A DNA stretch of 61,400 nt, counting the filler, from Sphacelaria rigidula (taxonomy: Eukaryota), in the NCBI GenBank assembly GCA_964200075.2. It is 8 parts of 8 records of this genome, joined end to end, with 100 filler letters (N's around TTAATTAATTAA, not from the genome) between each part and the next. Parts side by side here need not be neighbours in the genome. Positions count along the whole stretch, not along the records: positions 7,690 to 15,277 come from CAXNAA020014200.1; positions 15,378 to 22,965 come from CAXNAA020014201.1; positions 23,066 to 30,652 come from CAXNAA020014202.1; 5 more parts are not named here. The stretch is one strand, 5' to 3'. This document shows positions 12,001-23,324 of this stretch, piece by piece (within the stretch, counting starts at the first letter, position 1; the number at the start of each line of letters is the position of its first letter). Made by a program: the position numbers and the translations under genes. A model generated the notes under the pieces. That model ran no database searches, had not been told where the DNA came from, and saw only the letters and a program-made list of their open reading frames with translations.

Positions 12001-13945
12001 TGAGCTGTTTCAGTTTGCAGCAGCCACACCCGTTGTACCCGCCGTTCTGCGCTGAGCATTTTTTTTTTCTTGTATTATTTCAGTATTACTGATACCAACA
12101 TTTTTCCTAATGCTGTTTTTGTTTTTGTTTTTTTCATCTTCATATATTCGTCTTTTCATCTGTTCCTTGGTTTATTTGTCCCAATCCTGCTTTTGCCTCT
12201 TCTTTTTTTGCCCGCCAGCGGAAGTGAGAGAAACAAAGACTAGCCTGTCCTCTACCGTGACGGGGTTCATGAAGGATAAGGATGCAGCAGAGAGGGAGGC
12301 CAAAGAGCAAAGAATGCTCGTTTTGAGAGTCAGGGACCAGCTCGAAGCCAGTAGGAACAGCCTCAACCAGGAATCGAAGATAGTCAGTCAACTTCAGAAA
12401 GACTTGGAGGTAAGGACGAAGATGATGACACACGAAAAAATATGTACTCATTTTTAGCCATGAACGGGAGGGGGGGGGGGCGTTGACACCCACAGGTCGA
12501 AATCAGTTGAGTTCTGGGACTGTTTACAGTTTTCTTGGGGGATGTTTCCCACGTTTTCCTTGTTGAACGACTTGTCATCTCACCATCGGGTGTTGTGTTT
12601 CTTGTCTCCTCGTTCAATATTTCAGGGGCAGGTCGAGTAGATTATACTCGGTACTCAGTATTTTCGAAGAGTCATACTCGAAGTACACTCAAAATATGAG
12701 TTAACTATTTGAGGCCGTACTCGACCTACTCAAAATTTGAGTAGGTACCAGGGGGCTATACCTAAGTGATACTCTATACTCAGGTATTACTGGGATTGCA
12801 TACTCCATATTCCAGTAGAGTATTGGAGGCCGTACTCGACCTGCCCTTGGGGTATTTCTCTTGGCTGTCGAGTCAGTACACGTAAAAGGTATGTACGTAC
12901 GTATGCCTGTATTGATTGCTTGATTGATTGATTGATTGATCGAGTTTCATTGAGGTTGATTGTCGCACTTCAAGTGACCCCTCAGGGATGCAGCCGTGGT
13001 CACATGATGGACGTACTCGCTGAATGTATGTATGTATGTCTAAATGGTTGAATGTTTGTATGTTTGTGAGCGTCCATATGTGCGTGTTCGCACGCTCGAT
13101 AGCAGTCCGTACGCGAGGCACATGCACCATGACGCTTGAGCAACACCCCCGTTTTTACTGGGGTACTTTTTATCTCGGCAATTTTCGCCACTGGAGGAAC
13201 GATAGCGCGTATGCACAGCGGCACATGAGTGGCACCTGTTGAAGCACTAATCCTGATTTGTACGACTACAGCAGTGGCCTACTCATGAGAAACTGAAAGT
13301 GAGGCTCAGCCTCTGGCTCTCTTATCTGATGCAAAGGCTGAGCATGACCTACTATCTTAGACTTGGTGCAGCGCTCGTCGCCCAAGGCCAAACACTATCT
13401 CATTTTTTTTTAATCTCAGCCGGACTGCGGCTGCTTTTTTTTCATATACTTCCATGCTTTCAAGGATCGGACGAACCATCGCCAGTTCGAATAACCAAAT
13501 CTACGATTTCTGACGCCTGTTTGATCGAAAAGAGAGAGAAAACGTTGACCACGGGCCAGCAACATCTATACGCGAATTTTTGCGTTATTCCACGTGCCTG
13601 GGGTGCGCGTATTTGGGGTGACATGCTGAAAACAAAGCCCAAGGGATGATGCGTACGCTACGAATCAATCAGACTACAAGCAAGTCATTTTCAGATGAAT
13701 CATTCCTCTTTCGACTCTTCCATATTTTGGACAGACCCACCGCAAGGATACACTTGCACCGACACTGCACCAGATTAACTTCGCCCGTTGAATAGTCAAC
13801 CTTGTTCCTGCCTTGTATCTTGCCTTCCCGTGTTAAGTAGGTCCAACGAAAAGCCGTACGTGCGGCAGATGAGCGGTACCGGAGCGAGATTGAAGCTCAC
13901 GCCGGCGCTATCACGGCTCTGAGGCAGGCCGAGGACGCCCAAGAT
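9015..13945 (+). CDS. Partial coiled-coil gene, probably nuclear basket nucleoporin TPR/Mlp1/NUA-like; exons 9015-9248, 11630-11819, 12219-12409, 13841-13945
   Basis: Four GT-AG exons with compatible phases encode heptad-rich sequence. The spliced segment QLQKDLE|VQRKAVRAADERYRSEIEAHAGAITALRQAE resembles the TPR_MLP1_2 motif (A..NYE.EL..HA..I..L). Confidence 0.65.
9938..10254 (-). mobile_element. SINE family 1 copy with most of the tRNA head deleted
   Basis: Body aligns by eye with 44925-45200; the head is collapsed to 'gctccga|gccaccgg'. Confidence 0.7.
10940..11130 (-). mobile_element. SINE family 2 body fragment
   Basis: The reverse complement resembles the bodies at ~14310-14520, ~15910-16090 and ~17370-17530. 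Confidence 0.5.
12625..12848. mobile_element. MITE (intronic)
   Basis: Terminal inverted repeats gggcaggtcgagta / tactcgacctgccc; internal tactc/gagta repeats. Confidence 0.7.
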
Positions 13946-14194
13946 GTGAGTGCAGCCACAAGAGCAGGAGGCGACGCAGTACCTTGCCGTGTACACCTCT
14001 GCGTGTTTCATTTTTGTTTATCCCCCGCTCAAAAACCCATTGTGTCCATGCCTGTGGGTAAGTTATCTCCCGTTCGTCGATAAAGTTTGGCTGTAACAGG
14101 TGTTACAACCAAGCGACTCTCCTGCTGTGGGGTACGGTGTTATTTTCCAGGGGGCGATTCTTGACCCGATCTCTGTTTTCTTCACGCAACACCT

Positions 14195-14550
14195 GCCGCA
14201 GCGCGCCCCGATAGTGTGATGGTACAACCGACACCCATTATGGCGGGGAGAACGCGGATTCGAGCCCTTTCCCCGAGATGCGTTTTGAGTTTTTTTGTCG
14301 AAAGTATCCGATCTTCGTCGTTGAAAGCGTGACAATGTGCGTGACATGAAATCAAATCAAAATTGGGTGTTTGGCCGAATTTGTTGGGCGAGATTCGACT
14401 TGATGCGGGAATGCTGATGGCTATGATCCAGTAATTCGTGAGACCACAACGCAAGGCGTGTAGTATGGGGGGATGGTGGGGGGGGGGGGAAGATGGGTTG
14501 GTTTCTTGAGTCCACGCAGTCGTCCAGAGGAAGGGAAAGGGTAGAGGGTT
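14195..14550 (+). mobile_element. tRNA-derived SINE (family 2)
   Basis: Head cgcgccccgatagtgtgatggt...ggattcgagccc has A/B-box-like motifs and a body related to 15807-16090. Confidence 0.6.
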
Positions 14551-15806
14551 ACAGGTATGGTGGACAAAAAAGGAGGTGTCCCGCACTGCCTGCTGTTGTC
14601 GTGATAGTTTCAATAACTCTTTTTTTTCGGGACGGGTCCGCAGTGTCGAGGGACCGACTCATTTCTCGTCCGGTACGTACACGCCTTGCATTTCGGTATC
14701 TTTGGTTCCATCAGATCTTTCGAACTTTGACTCTGCTGCTCACGCCCTCACTTGTTTTTTCACCAGGCGGCAACCGGATTTTCCTCGGAAAGTAGAACCT
14801 TATTGTAGACTCGTACTGAGAATTGAGGTCGTCAAGGAAGAATCAAGGCACAGAAAATAACCAAACGGGCCTGAGGACTCATGTGGTTATCCATAGCATG
14901 GGATCATCCTCGCAGGTAGCAGAGGTTACAGCGCAGCTAATCCTCATGGAATGGCACCGCGCTGTTTGTGTTTGCTGGGTGATGCTGAAGAAAACGTAAC
15001 CCGTATTTTTATGCTACCTTGATGCTGGTATGGAGAGGGTTGATTAGGTTGACGACAAAAATGAAGGGACGATGTACCTTTTCACGTCTCTGCGCTCGCA
15101 AGCTTGTTGATTCTGTTTTCGATCAACATTCCTCCTCTCCTATATATGACTATGGCATGCAAGATGATGAGTACGCCCATCCCCCCCCCCCCCTTCTGCC
15201 TGGTCCGGCGAGAACCCGGCGTGCTCCGTCCCGGCTTTGTAGGGGCGGACCCCCGATGGGGTTGGCGTCGCTTGGCGNNNNNNNNNNNNNNNNNNNNNNN
15301 NNNNNNNNNNNNNNNNNNNNNTTAATTAATTAANNNNNNNNNNNNNNNNNNNNNNNNNNNNNNNNNNNNNNNNNNNNACTGTTTTGGGCTTGAGCCTCAT
15401 CTCGAAGTTAAACCTCAATTCGCACAATTTGTTGTTATCTGTTCATTTTACCAAAATCTACCGACGCTAGCACTTTCGAGTTTTATCGAAGAGTAGTCGC
15501 GAGAAAAAACCCTTCTGAAGAAGAGTGGTCCAGGCGCCCAGTACTGTAAGTTACGAATGGACCTGCAAACTCCGAATCCGCTCGTAGGCTGGCCCAGCTC
15601 GTACCACGAGTACTGTCTTTACTTGTACTGCCGTCAGGTACAGACCCCAATTCTACTGTCATTTCGTCCGTAATATTGTAAGCATCTTTGTTGTAAAATC
15701 ACTATACTAAAATTGGTATAAACATAGCCGGTAACGGCAAACTTCAAATATACTGGATAAACTGGAGTCCTCATTACCAGTTGCACTCAAACTCCAGTTC
15801 CAGTGT

Positions 15807-16090
15807 GCCGCGCCCCGGTGGTGTAAATGGTCCAGCTATCGCCATTAGGGTGGAGAGAACGGGGGTTCGATTCCCGATACCTTGGGTTTTTTCTCGTTAT
15901 ATATGATTTCCACCGTGGAAAGCGTGAGACGTGAGTAAACAAAGTAGTCGACTGTGTTTGTGTGACGTGAGTTGACGCGGTGCAGGAATGCTGACCCAAT
16001 CCGCGAGACCAAGATGAAAGGCACGTACCGGGGGAGAGAGGGATTGATCCCTTGAGACCACCGACTCATCCCGAGGAAGGAGAGGGGTTC
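15807..16090 (+). mobile_element. tRNA-derived SINE (family 2)
   Basis: gccgcgccccggtggtgtaaatggt (A box) and gggttcgattcc (B box), followed by a non-tRNA body. Confidence 0.7.
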
Positions 16091-17599
16091 AAAGTGTAAG
16101 GGAAGAAAAAAAAACAAGTGTAACCACCAGTACAAACTGGTCCAGTTCACAGCCCTAAAAATGACCAAAAAAAGGGACGCAAATGAGAGAAAAATAAAAG
16201 CGGCCGCATCTCATGGGGGAAGAAGCAAACCAACAACCCGAACGAAGCCGAGAAAGAAACGAGAGATGCGAAATGCGAAAACAAAATTACTTTGAATGTG
16301 CCCAGTGCTTGCAGCGGCGCGAATTTAGTGGCGAATCGTGGGACGTTTATCCAGTCGGGCACATTTTGTGGTTTGTCTTTCTTGTACGTACAACCTACTT
16401 CGTCACTGGGCACCGTTGTCCCCAAAATCAAACCGAAACGTGACATGTGGTATTGTACAATGAACGCATCAGCTGTGCGGACGCTGTTTGAATATCCGTC
16501 GCCAGTTTGTGCGTTGTATGGAGTAGAGTTCAGCCGTGTATTCCGAGACCTAAGCGAAAGAGATGACCTCCCGTTGTTCACAAGTATCTTAATCACTATA
16601 TGCGTCATCGAGTTCGTTGATTTTAATCTATCTTACATCATGGGGGTGGTGAAAAACGGGACTTTAAATCAGGCATGACACTAGCGAGGGAAGGTTGGAT
16701 GGGTGCGGGTTCAGATGGCCTGTCTTCGAAGGCGCATACCTGGAGTCTCCAGGTTGCCTTCGTCGTGAAGAGTGGATAGTTCGTCAGCTGATCAGTCACC
16801 TCCATACTCCTGGAACATGATGTTGCACAAAATAGAGCGGCGGCGTTGGTCAAGGTGAGCATCATGGGAGTGGACGTGCGGTCGTGGTGTTATTAGGTAT
16901 TGCTGTTTGGCGCTGTGGACATGCTTGCAAACAGGTAACAACGTGGATCGAGGACTCTGTCCAGGATATGCCATTTTGTGTGTATTTGCTTGTTGATAAT
17001 GTCAGTGGTTGCAGGTCATTCAGCGTGGAGAGCACCACTGTTTTTGTCGACCCGACGCAGCGGCAAACTCCTCCTTACCCCCTGCAACATCAGGCCATTT
17101 TTCTCTCAAACGCGGATTAGACTTTGCTCTCGACCTACGGGGTGGGGTACATTGCGGTCGTGTCACGCTCGAGTATGCGTGTTGAGTGCTGTAGCTCGCC
17201 GTGACCGAATGGACGTCAAGTGTACAGCGTCCGGCACCAAGACGCACGATGTTTGCGCCACCTCGGAAAAATACGTAGCCGGTAAAGAGTACCTTGGTGA
17301 GAGAAAATTATGGCCTGCGTGAGACGGTTGCCCGTGAATAGGGCGTGAGGAGTACCCCGTTTTCGTGTTTGAAAGCGTGAAGACGTGAATAGCGAAGAAG
17401 ATTTTGCGAAGATCGTCGTGGTGTGGGAGTGTTAGTTATGACCCAGTCCGCGATGCCAAAATGTCGAGTGTGTACCGGGGAAGGGACGAGTTGATCCCTT
17501 GAAAAAACGGTCTCGTTCCGAGGACGGGATGTACGGTGGAAAAAAGAGCGCCATACAGAACGAAGATGACCCCTTCATATTTCTCTCTTGGATGTTAAT

Positions 17600-19430
17600 T
17601 GGGCAGTGGGTTTAGAGTATCTTGCGGTGGGAGTGAGGAGGTGAAACGTTGCCCACCTGTCAACCGTCTCGCGTACAGCATGTCGTATCCCAGCAAGGCT
17701 CTTCGCGCTTTATCGGGACAAAATATGGTTCTGGCCATGATCGGATGATGACCCGTGAGTTGACAAACTTTGCGGAATACACTATCACTGTTGGTAAGGC
17801 TGGTATGAACACCTCGAACGCTCGGCGCACGTTCCACATGTGATGGACGATGGTATGGTATTGTGTTGCTGGAGGAAGGTGTGATCGAAGCGGCTCCTTT
17901 GTACGGACGCGGCGATGCAGACGTTCCTCAGGATACACACGAAATGTGTTGATTATGGCTTCACACACTGTATGTGTCAGGTCCACTTACAGACGTTTCT
18001 TGTACAGCGTTCTCTCCTCATATATTAGGACGGGTTCGACAGAGGAGTGTTGGGAAGCGGTGGGAATTTCGTGCCACTGTTTTTGGCCGTATCCACTGAG
18101 AAGTCGATCCACACTGCGTTGTCCATTCCTCGTCAACGTGTGATCTCAGCGTACATGGCATACCTGTTTTGAACTTCCAGCGAAGTTAAGTTTGAGAACG
18201 CTGCACCAGGTCTTCACCAGAGGGTGCTGAACACCGTCGTCAACTCCACCCTCGATTATGTATCGTAAATACCTGTAAATTTGCACCGGATTGTGGAAGG
18301 ATTTGGTCGCGACGGCCTCAACCACGATGATGATGCTGACCACGAGCGTATTATGTTCGAGAGCACACCAGTCTAGTTACACGTGCTTGGAAGACTGCTC
18401 TGTCTCGCCGGAGCTCTCGCCATGATCGCATTCGTAGAAGTTCACATCCACATCCGGGTGTTCTCTGAGAGATATCTGGGGTATGTTCGGATGCATGTCT
18501 GCAAGGCACAGGCATATTTCACCGTCTTCGTCTTTTTAGCCCGTACGTACTCTGACGGTTTTGCGTTTGTAGATTGCGATCATGAGATTGTTTTCTCATT
18601 CCTATATTGGTCGGCGGACGGGTGGTATATGAGCTTCTGAAGCGGACACTGTCTTCTAGAGTGACGGGTAACACCAACGCGCGTTATGGCAGGACTGAAC
18701 CGTGCTGAACGTCCCGAATTTTCCGTTTGTTGTTCTCCACGATATTTAACCGCTTTAACAGGTAGCCGCGGGCCAGAATCGTGGACTGTGCTTCACTCGT
18801 CAATGGACTTGAGTGAACACGCACTCCCGATCTGTGTGGAGCTAGCGCCGTATGTTACATTTCGTGTGTCCTGCAATCGCAGCATGAAGCGGTTTAGTCT
18901 CCGTTTTCAGGGCTAGAGGCGGTGCCGCGTATGGAGCTTGTTGACGTCTTCTGGTATGGTCTGTGGTGTGTTACTGGTAATATGCCCTCGTTGTGCGTTA
19001 CAGCACATAGTATCCTGCCGGTGAGTTGCTTGAGTATTTGTGTTTCGGTATGTTATCCCCCCCTATAAGTGATCGTTTCCATAGGACGTGTAGTGATGGA
19101 ACTTGCATTCCTGCCGGTCGCGTAGAAGGCGTTGAAGGCACAAGGACCGTACCACTTCCAAAACAGAATTTGATTATACCTAACAATATCATCTGGCCTA
19201 GATGTAGACATCTTGCGTTGAACCTTCAACTCTCTGCAGTTGGAGTATTTATACCCTGCACCTGCTCACCTGGTTGCCGGTTCTCACTTCTTGTTGTACG
19301 GCTTCTCGTTGTACGGCACCGTCCCTGCGCCAGCGAACCCTCGGTGAATCAAGGGGACGACCGTACCTGCTGGCACTATCATCCGGTATCGAGGGTGGTG
19401 AGCTTGTGCTTTGGGGGTGACTTGGGTAAT
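17600..19430 (-). mobile_element. Heavily decayed non-LTR retrotransposon RT remnant (tentative)
   Basis: Minus-strand fragments RDVQHGSVLP (~18710-18740; cf. GV.QG..LSP) and PVQIYRYLRYII (~18255-18290; cf. YKYLG) lie in RT order, with many stops and frameshifts. Boundaries are approximate. Confidence 0.4.
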
Positions 19431-19589
19431 TGATATCATTACGTGTACGCGCGAGTTTTGTTGGGTATGCAGCCCCCAAGGGGGGCCGGGGAAAGGGGGG
19501 CGATAGAGACGTTTTGAATGTATAGTCGTGACAGTGTTGGTATGGTGGGGACGGGTATTCTAACGCGTAGTGACTTTCGGTGGTGCTCA

Positions 19590-20240
19590 CATCCTTTCTC
19601 GGAGAGGCAAGCGAAAGGGACCGTGCGTCGTAGTGATTGGAAGAGACCGACGGCACGGAAGAAAAGGCTGTCTGCAGGGGAATGTAGATTGTCTCCGGAG
19701 GAAATGTGTACGCACCGTTGGTTGTTGTTTGCGGGGATGTTTTCTTGGCGACGCTGTTGCAAGTGTTGTTGTGTCAGACTAGTGTTTTGTCCACGACTGG
19801 GCTTGGGCACAGCTGACATGACGCCTTCGGCACAAAGAGCAAACGAGATCCTGCACCGTGTCAATGAGAACACTCGGGCGGTGCAGAAGAACAGAGACTC
19901 TTGTGTGGGAGGACAAGTTGGGTAGCTTCGTGTATAGTGGAACGGCCGGGTCGGGACATGAGACATTTGTAAATGGATTATCGTGCTGGCTCTGATGACG
20001 TGGCGTCGGGTGTTTTATCGGGAGATCGCCTCGTTGGGCTACGCGACATGTTTTGCTCGGAGGCAAAAGGGACCCTGTGCCATAGCGATGGGATGAGGCA
20101 GACGGCGCGGAGGAACAGAGATTGTCTCCGGAGGAGATGTGTACGCACCGTCGGTGTTGTTTGCGGGTATGGTTCCTCGGCAATGCTGTTGCGAGTGTTG
20201 TTGAGTCAGACTGGTGTTTTGTTCACGACTGACTTGGGTG
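19590..20240. repeat. Diverged direct repeat (~19590-19810 vs ~20050-20240)
   Basis: Both copies share 'agattgtctccggagga.atgtgtacgcaccgt.ggt' and 'tcagact.gtgttttgt.cacgactg'. Confidence 0.7.
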
Positions 20241-21109
20241 ACCCAGAAGTCGTTTCTTGCTCCCCTACACTGAACAATTTTTCGAGCTTCGCACCCGCAA
20301 AAATGAGAATATCAATGCCCCCACCCTGCGCTGTATCCCTTTGCTCCCCTGTAGCATATGTCTATCCGGAAATAATCGCAATTCTTCCCTCACTGCCTCG
20401 CTCACAAGTATAGTCTGGAAACCAACACAAGCTCCCAAGGTGCTAGCTGGACCCGCTGTGTTGAGGCCCCTTCGAAATGTATCACTTTTTTTTATTTCCT
20501 ACCGCACACAGGTCGTCTACATGAACTGTTCTGGTGATGGTCACCTGACCATCCTCCATCAAACGAAACTATATGAATACTCCATGGACTGAACCATCCT
20601 CAAACGATGAAACATTCCGCGGTTATGCCACCGCGTTGAGGCCTATCTCTCGCCATATAAACTTCTATTTCGCCTCATTATCTTACCAGACGAACTACCA
20701 CGCGCGGCAATCGTTAAATACGTCCTCAACCACCTCAGACTGCACGGAGGCCTGTTTGAATTCCATTTTTCAAATTGGTTGCTGTCTCGGGCTATTCGAG
20801 ATTCGGCATTGAATTTCTGCGACAGAAAAACAAGTAGAACTTTTCCAGAACTTGAAAAAAAAAACAAGCGGAACCTTCCAAAAACTGCTCAAAACGTGAC
20901 CCAATTATCGGGAGTACAGGGTACTACACCAAACACAACACAATTCTGCAGTGGTATATGGAGTACAGAGTACCACACTGAACACAAGACAACACAACAG
21001 TTCTTCAGTGTATTTTAGAACCTGACCATGCTCTCTTGCAAAATTAATAATGTTCAGCTGCTGCTGCTGCTGCTGCTGCACTACTACGGAAGAACACGCC
21101 CTCGAGGTA

Positions 21110-22085
21110 GGGCATGCCGCAGCGCGCACACCGACGGCACAGCTCACACGCATACATACACTGACGAACTACCACTAGCTAGCCGCAAAAGTAGCAGGAG
21201 CAGTGCTGTAGTAAGGAGACTGCCGTTGAACTTATCGTACACGCTTCACGCCCGCGCACGACGGAGCTGGCACACACTTTTTGAACCTACCCACCCAAAA
21301 TAGAGCAGGCGGCATGCCACAGCGCGCACACTCACAAAACAGCTCACACGCACACATACACTGACGAACTACCACTACCTAGCCACAAAAGCAACAGCAG
21401 CAGCAGTGCTGTAGTACGGAGACCGCCGTTGAACTTATCGCACACGCTTGACGTGCCTAGCGGGCAACTGAATCATCACGTACTCTTGCGTCTTTGGATC
21501 AATTGTTTCGTGTTCGGATCAAATGTAGTGAAAATATGTTTTATATGCCGGGTGTGTTCGCCGTTGTCTGTCTGTCCTTCGCCGCGTTCATTGTGTTAGT
21601 GTGTTGGTGGTCGGGGACAATAAGAGCAGTCTTAAAAACCCTTTTGATGGTGACATCAGCAAACCATCTGCCGTCGTCCTAATGGTAGAAGCTACTTGTG
21701 CTCACGGCACGGCTTTCAGAGCAGTAAATGCCACTGTCCCACACAGTATTGTCTGTATAGCGCACGGTACTGTCTACCACTACTTACTGTCTGTGGTTAG
21801 GGGCAATGCTACGCGGCACTCTCTGTACTTGATACCAAAAACAATTGATCCAAGCACACAACAATTTATCTTGACACACAAGAGTGCGTACTTCAGTTGC
21901 CTTTATTGTCTCTGGAATATACCTTTACTACAAACATTTGATCCGAACCATACACCAGTTCATCTAAACACACAAGAGTACGTGGCGGTTCAGTCGCCTG
22001 CTAGGCGCGTAAAGCGTGTGCGGTAAGTTCAACGGCAGTTTCCGCACCACAGCACTGCTGCTGCTGCTGTTGCTTTTGCGGCTGG
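21110..22085. repeat. Two ~200-bp tandem units plus an inverted partial copy
   Basis: ggcatgcc.cagcgcgcacac...gccgttgaacttatcg.acacgctt at ~21110 and ~21310; reverse complement at ~22005-22085. Confidence 0.75.
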
Positions 22086-22409
22086 CAAGAAACCGCAATG
22101 AATTCCCTGAAAAGAAATCAAATTTGACTCGAGTGATGCTACGGTAGGGGTGGACAACTACTGTCTGAGGTTAGAATTGTTAGGACCCCTTTATCTCATC
22201 CAAAACACGACTTCTGAAATATGTGAGAGTGCGCCACGATTACTATTTCAATGTGCTAGAGATGTCCCGAAATAATTTGCAAACGGGAATACCCCGACCC
22301 AATTTCTTGTGCATCTAAAATCGTTAGGAGCCAACCACACAAGATTTTGCGCACGAAGTGCACCCCTGCCGTAGCATTGCTCACTCTTTCCGAGGTAGTC
22401 CAACGGACG

Positions 22410-22550
22410 GTTGACTAATGCCGAGATAGCCCCCCCACAACAAGTGCACCGGAGACCGTTCGACATACCAACTGCGATCTCACTATTGGGCTCGTTGGCA
22501 GCAATTTCGCCCACATGAGAGGCGTGCAGCAATCCGAAATCAGCTATAAC
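22410..22550 (+). repeat. Dispersed repeat shared with 38202-38339
   Basis: ttgactaatgccgag.tagcccccc...cactattgggctcgtt...tccgaaatcagctataa occurs at both sites. Confidence 0.75.
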
Positions 22551-23324
22551 GCCCAAATGAGTCGCGTCGTGCAGCACGAAACCAGCTCTTACGGCATTTA
22601 TGATCATCGTCTCCGTGCACGTTTTTGGCCGGTTCGGGGGGGGGCTGTCTCGGCAGCAGTCGGTTGTACAAAGCTTCGTTGCGTGACGAAACGCTGATCC
22701 CAAACGTTCAGTGCAAACTTGAGCCCACAAGAAAACGGTCGGTAGCATACTACAGTCGAGTAATTAGGGGGGATACGCGTACATTTTCCTACTTCAACAC
22801 ACACGCGCGCATGTTCTCACACGGGTTTTGGAGTCAGACGCCGAAATATCACACACATGATCTCCGGAATATTTCAATATTTCGAGACTGTGTACAGAGG
22901 GGGGGGGGGGGGGGGGGGGGGTTTTTTTTTTTAAATTTCAAAGGAGAGTATGGAGCATAATTTGTNNNNNNNNNNNNNNNNNNNNNNNNNNNNNNNNNNN
23001 NNNNNNNNNTTAATTAATTAANNNNNNNNNNNNNNNNNNNNNNNNNNNNNNNNNNNNNNNNNNNNAGTCAACGTCGGACCTACAACGGCCCCGACACGCT
23101 CGGGCCGCCGACCCGCCAATATCTGCAGCCGCCGACCGATGTGTGCGCAATGCCAAAGCTACTATGCCCGATCTCGACGGCTCACAGCTACAACGGGTTG
23201 GCTTGGCCGAACGCACACTCCCGGTCGACCTCGATCCACCGCACCAGCGCAACAGCGTCAACACCGCACCATCTCGTACACACAGCGACACACACGACCA
23301 CGACAACGTCGCCCCGGCTCTCAC

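Noticed and set aside
15807-15885. Genuine tRNA genes here and at ~4427, 14195, 31600, 45200, 56460 and 59470
   Set aside because: A/B boxes are present, but I could not build proper acceptor and anticodon stems, and most continue into repeat bodies. They are treated as SINE heads; tRNAscan-SE would settle it.
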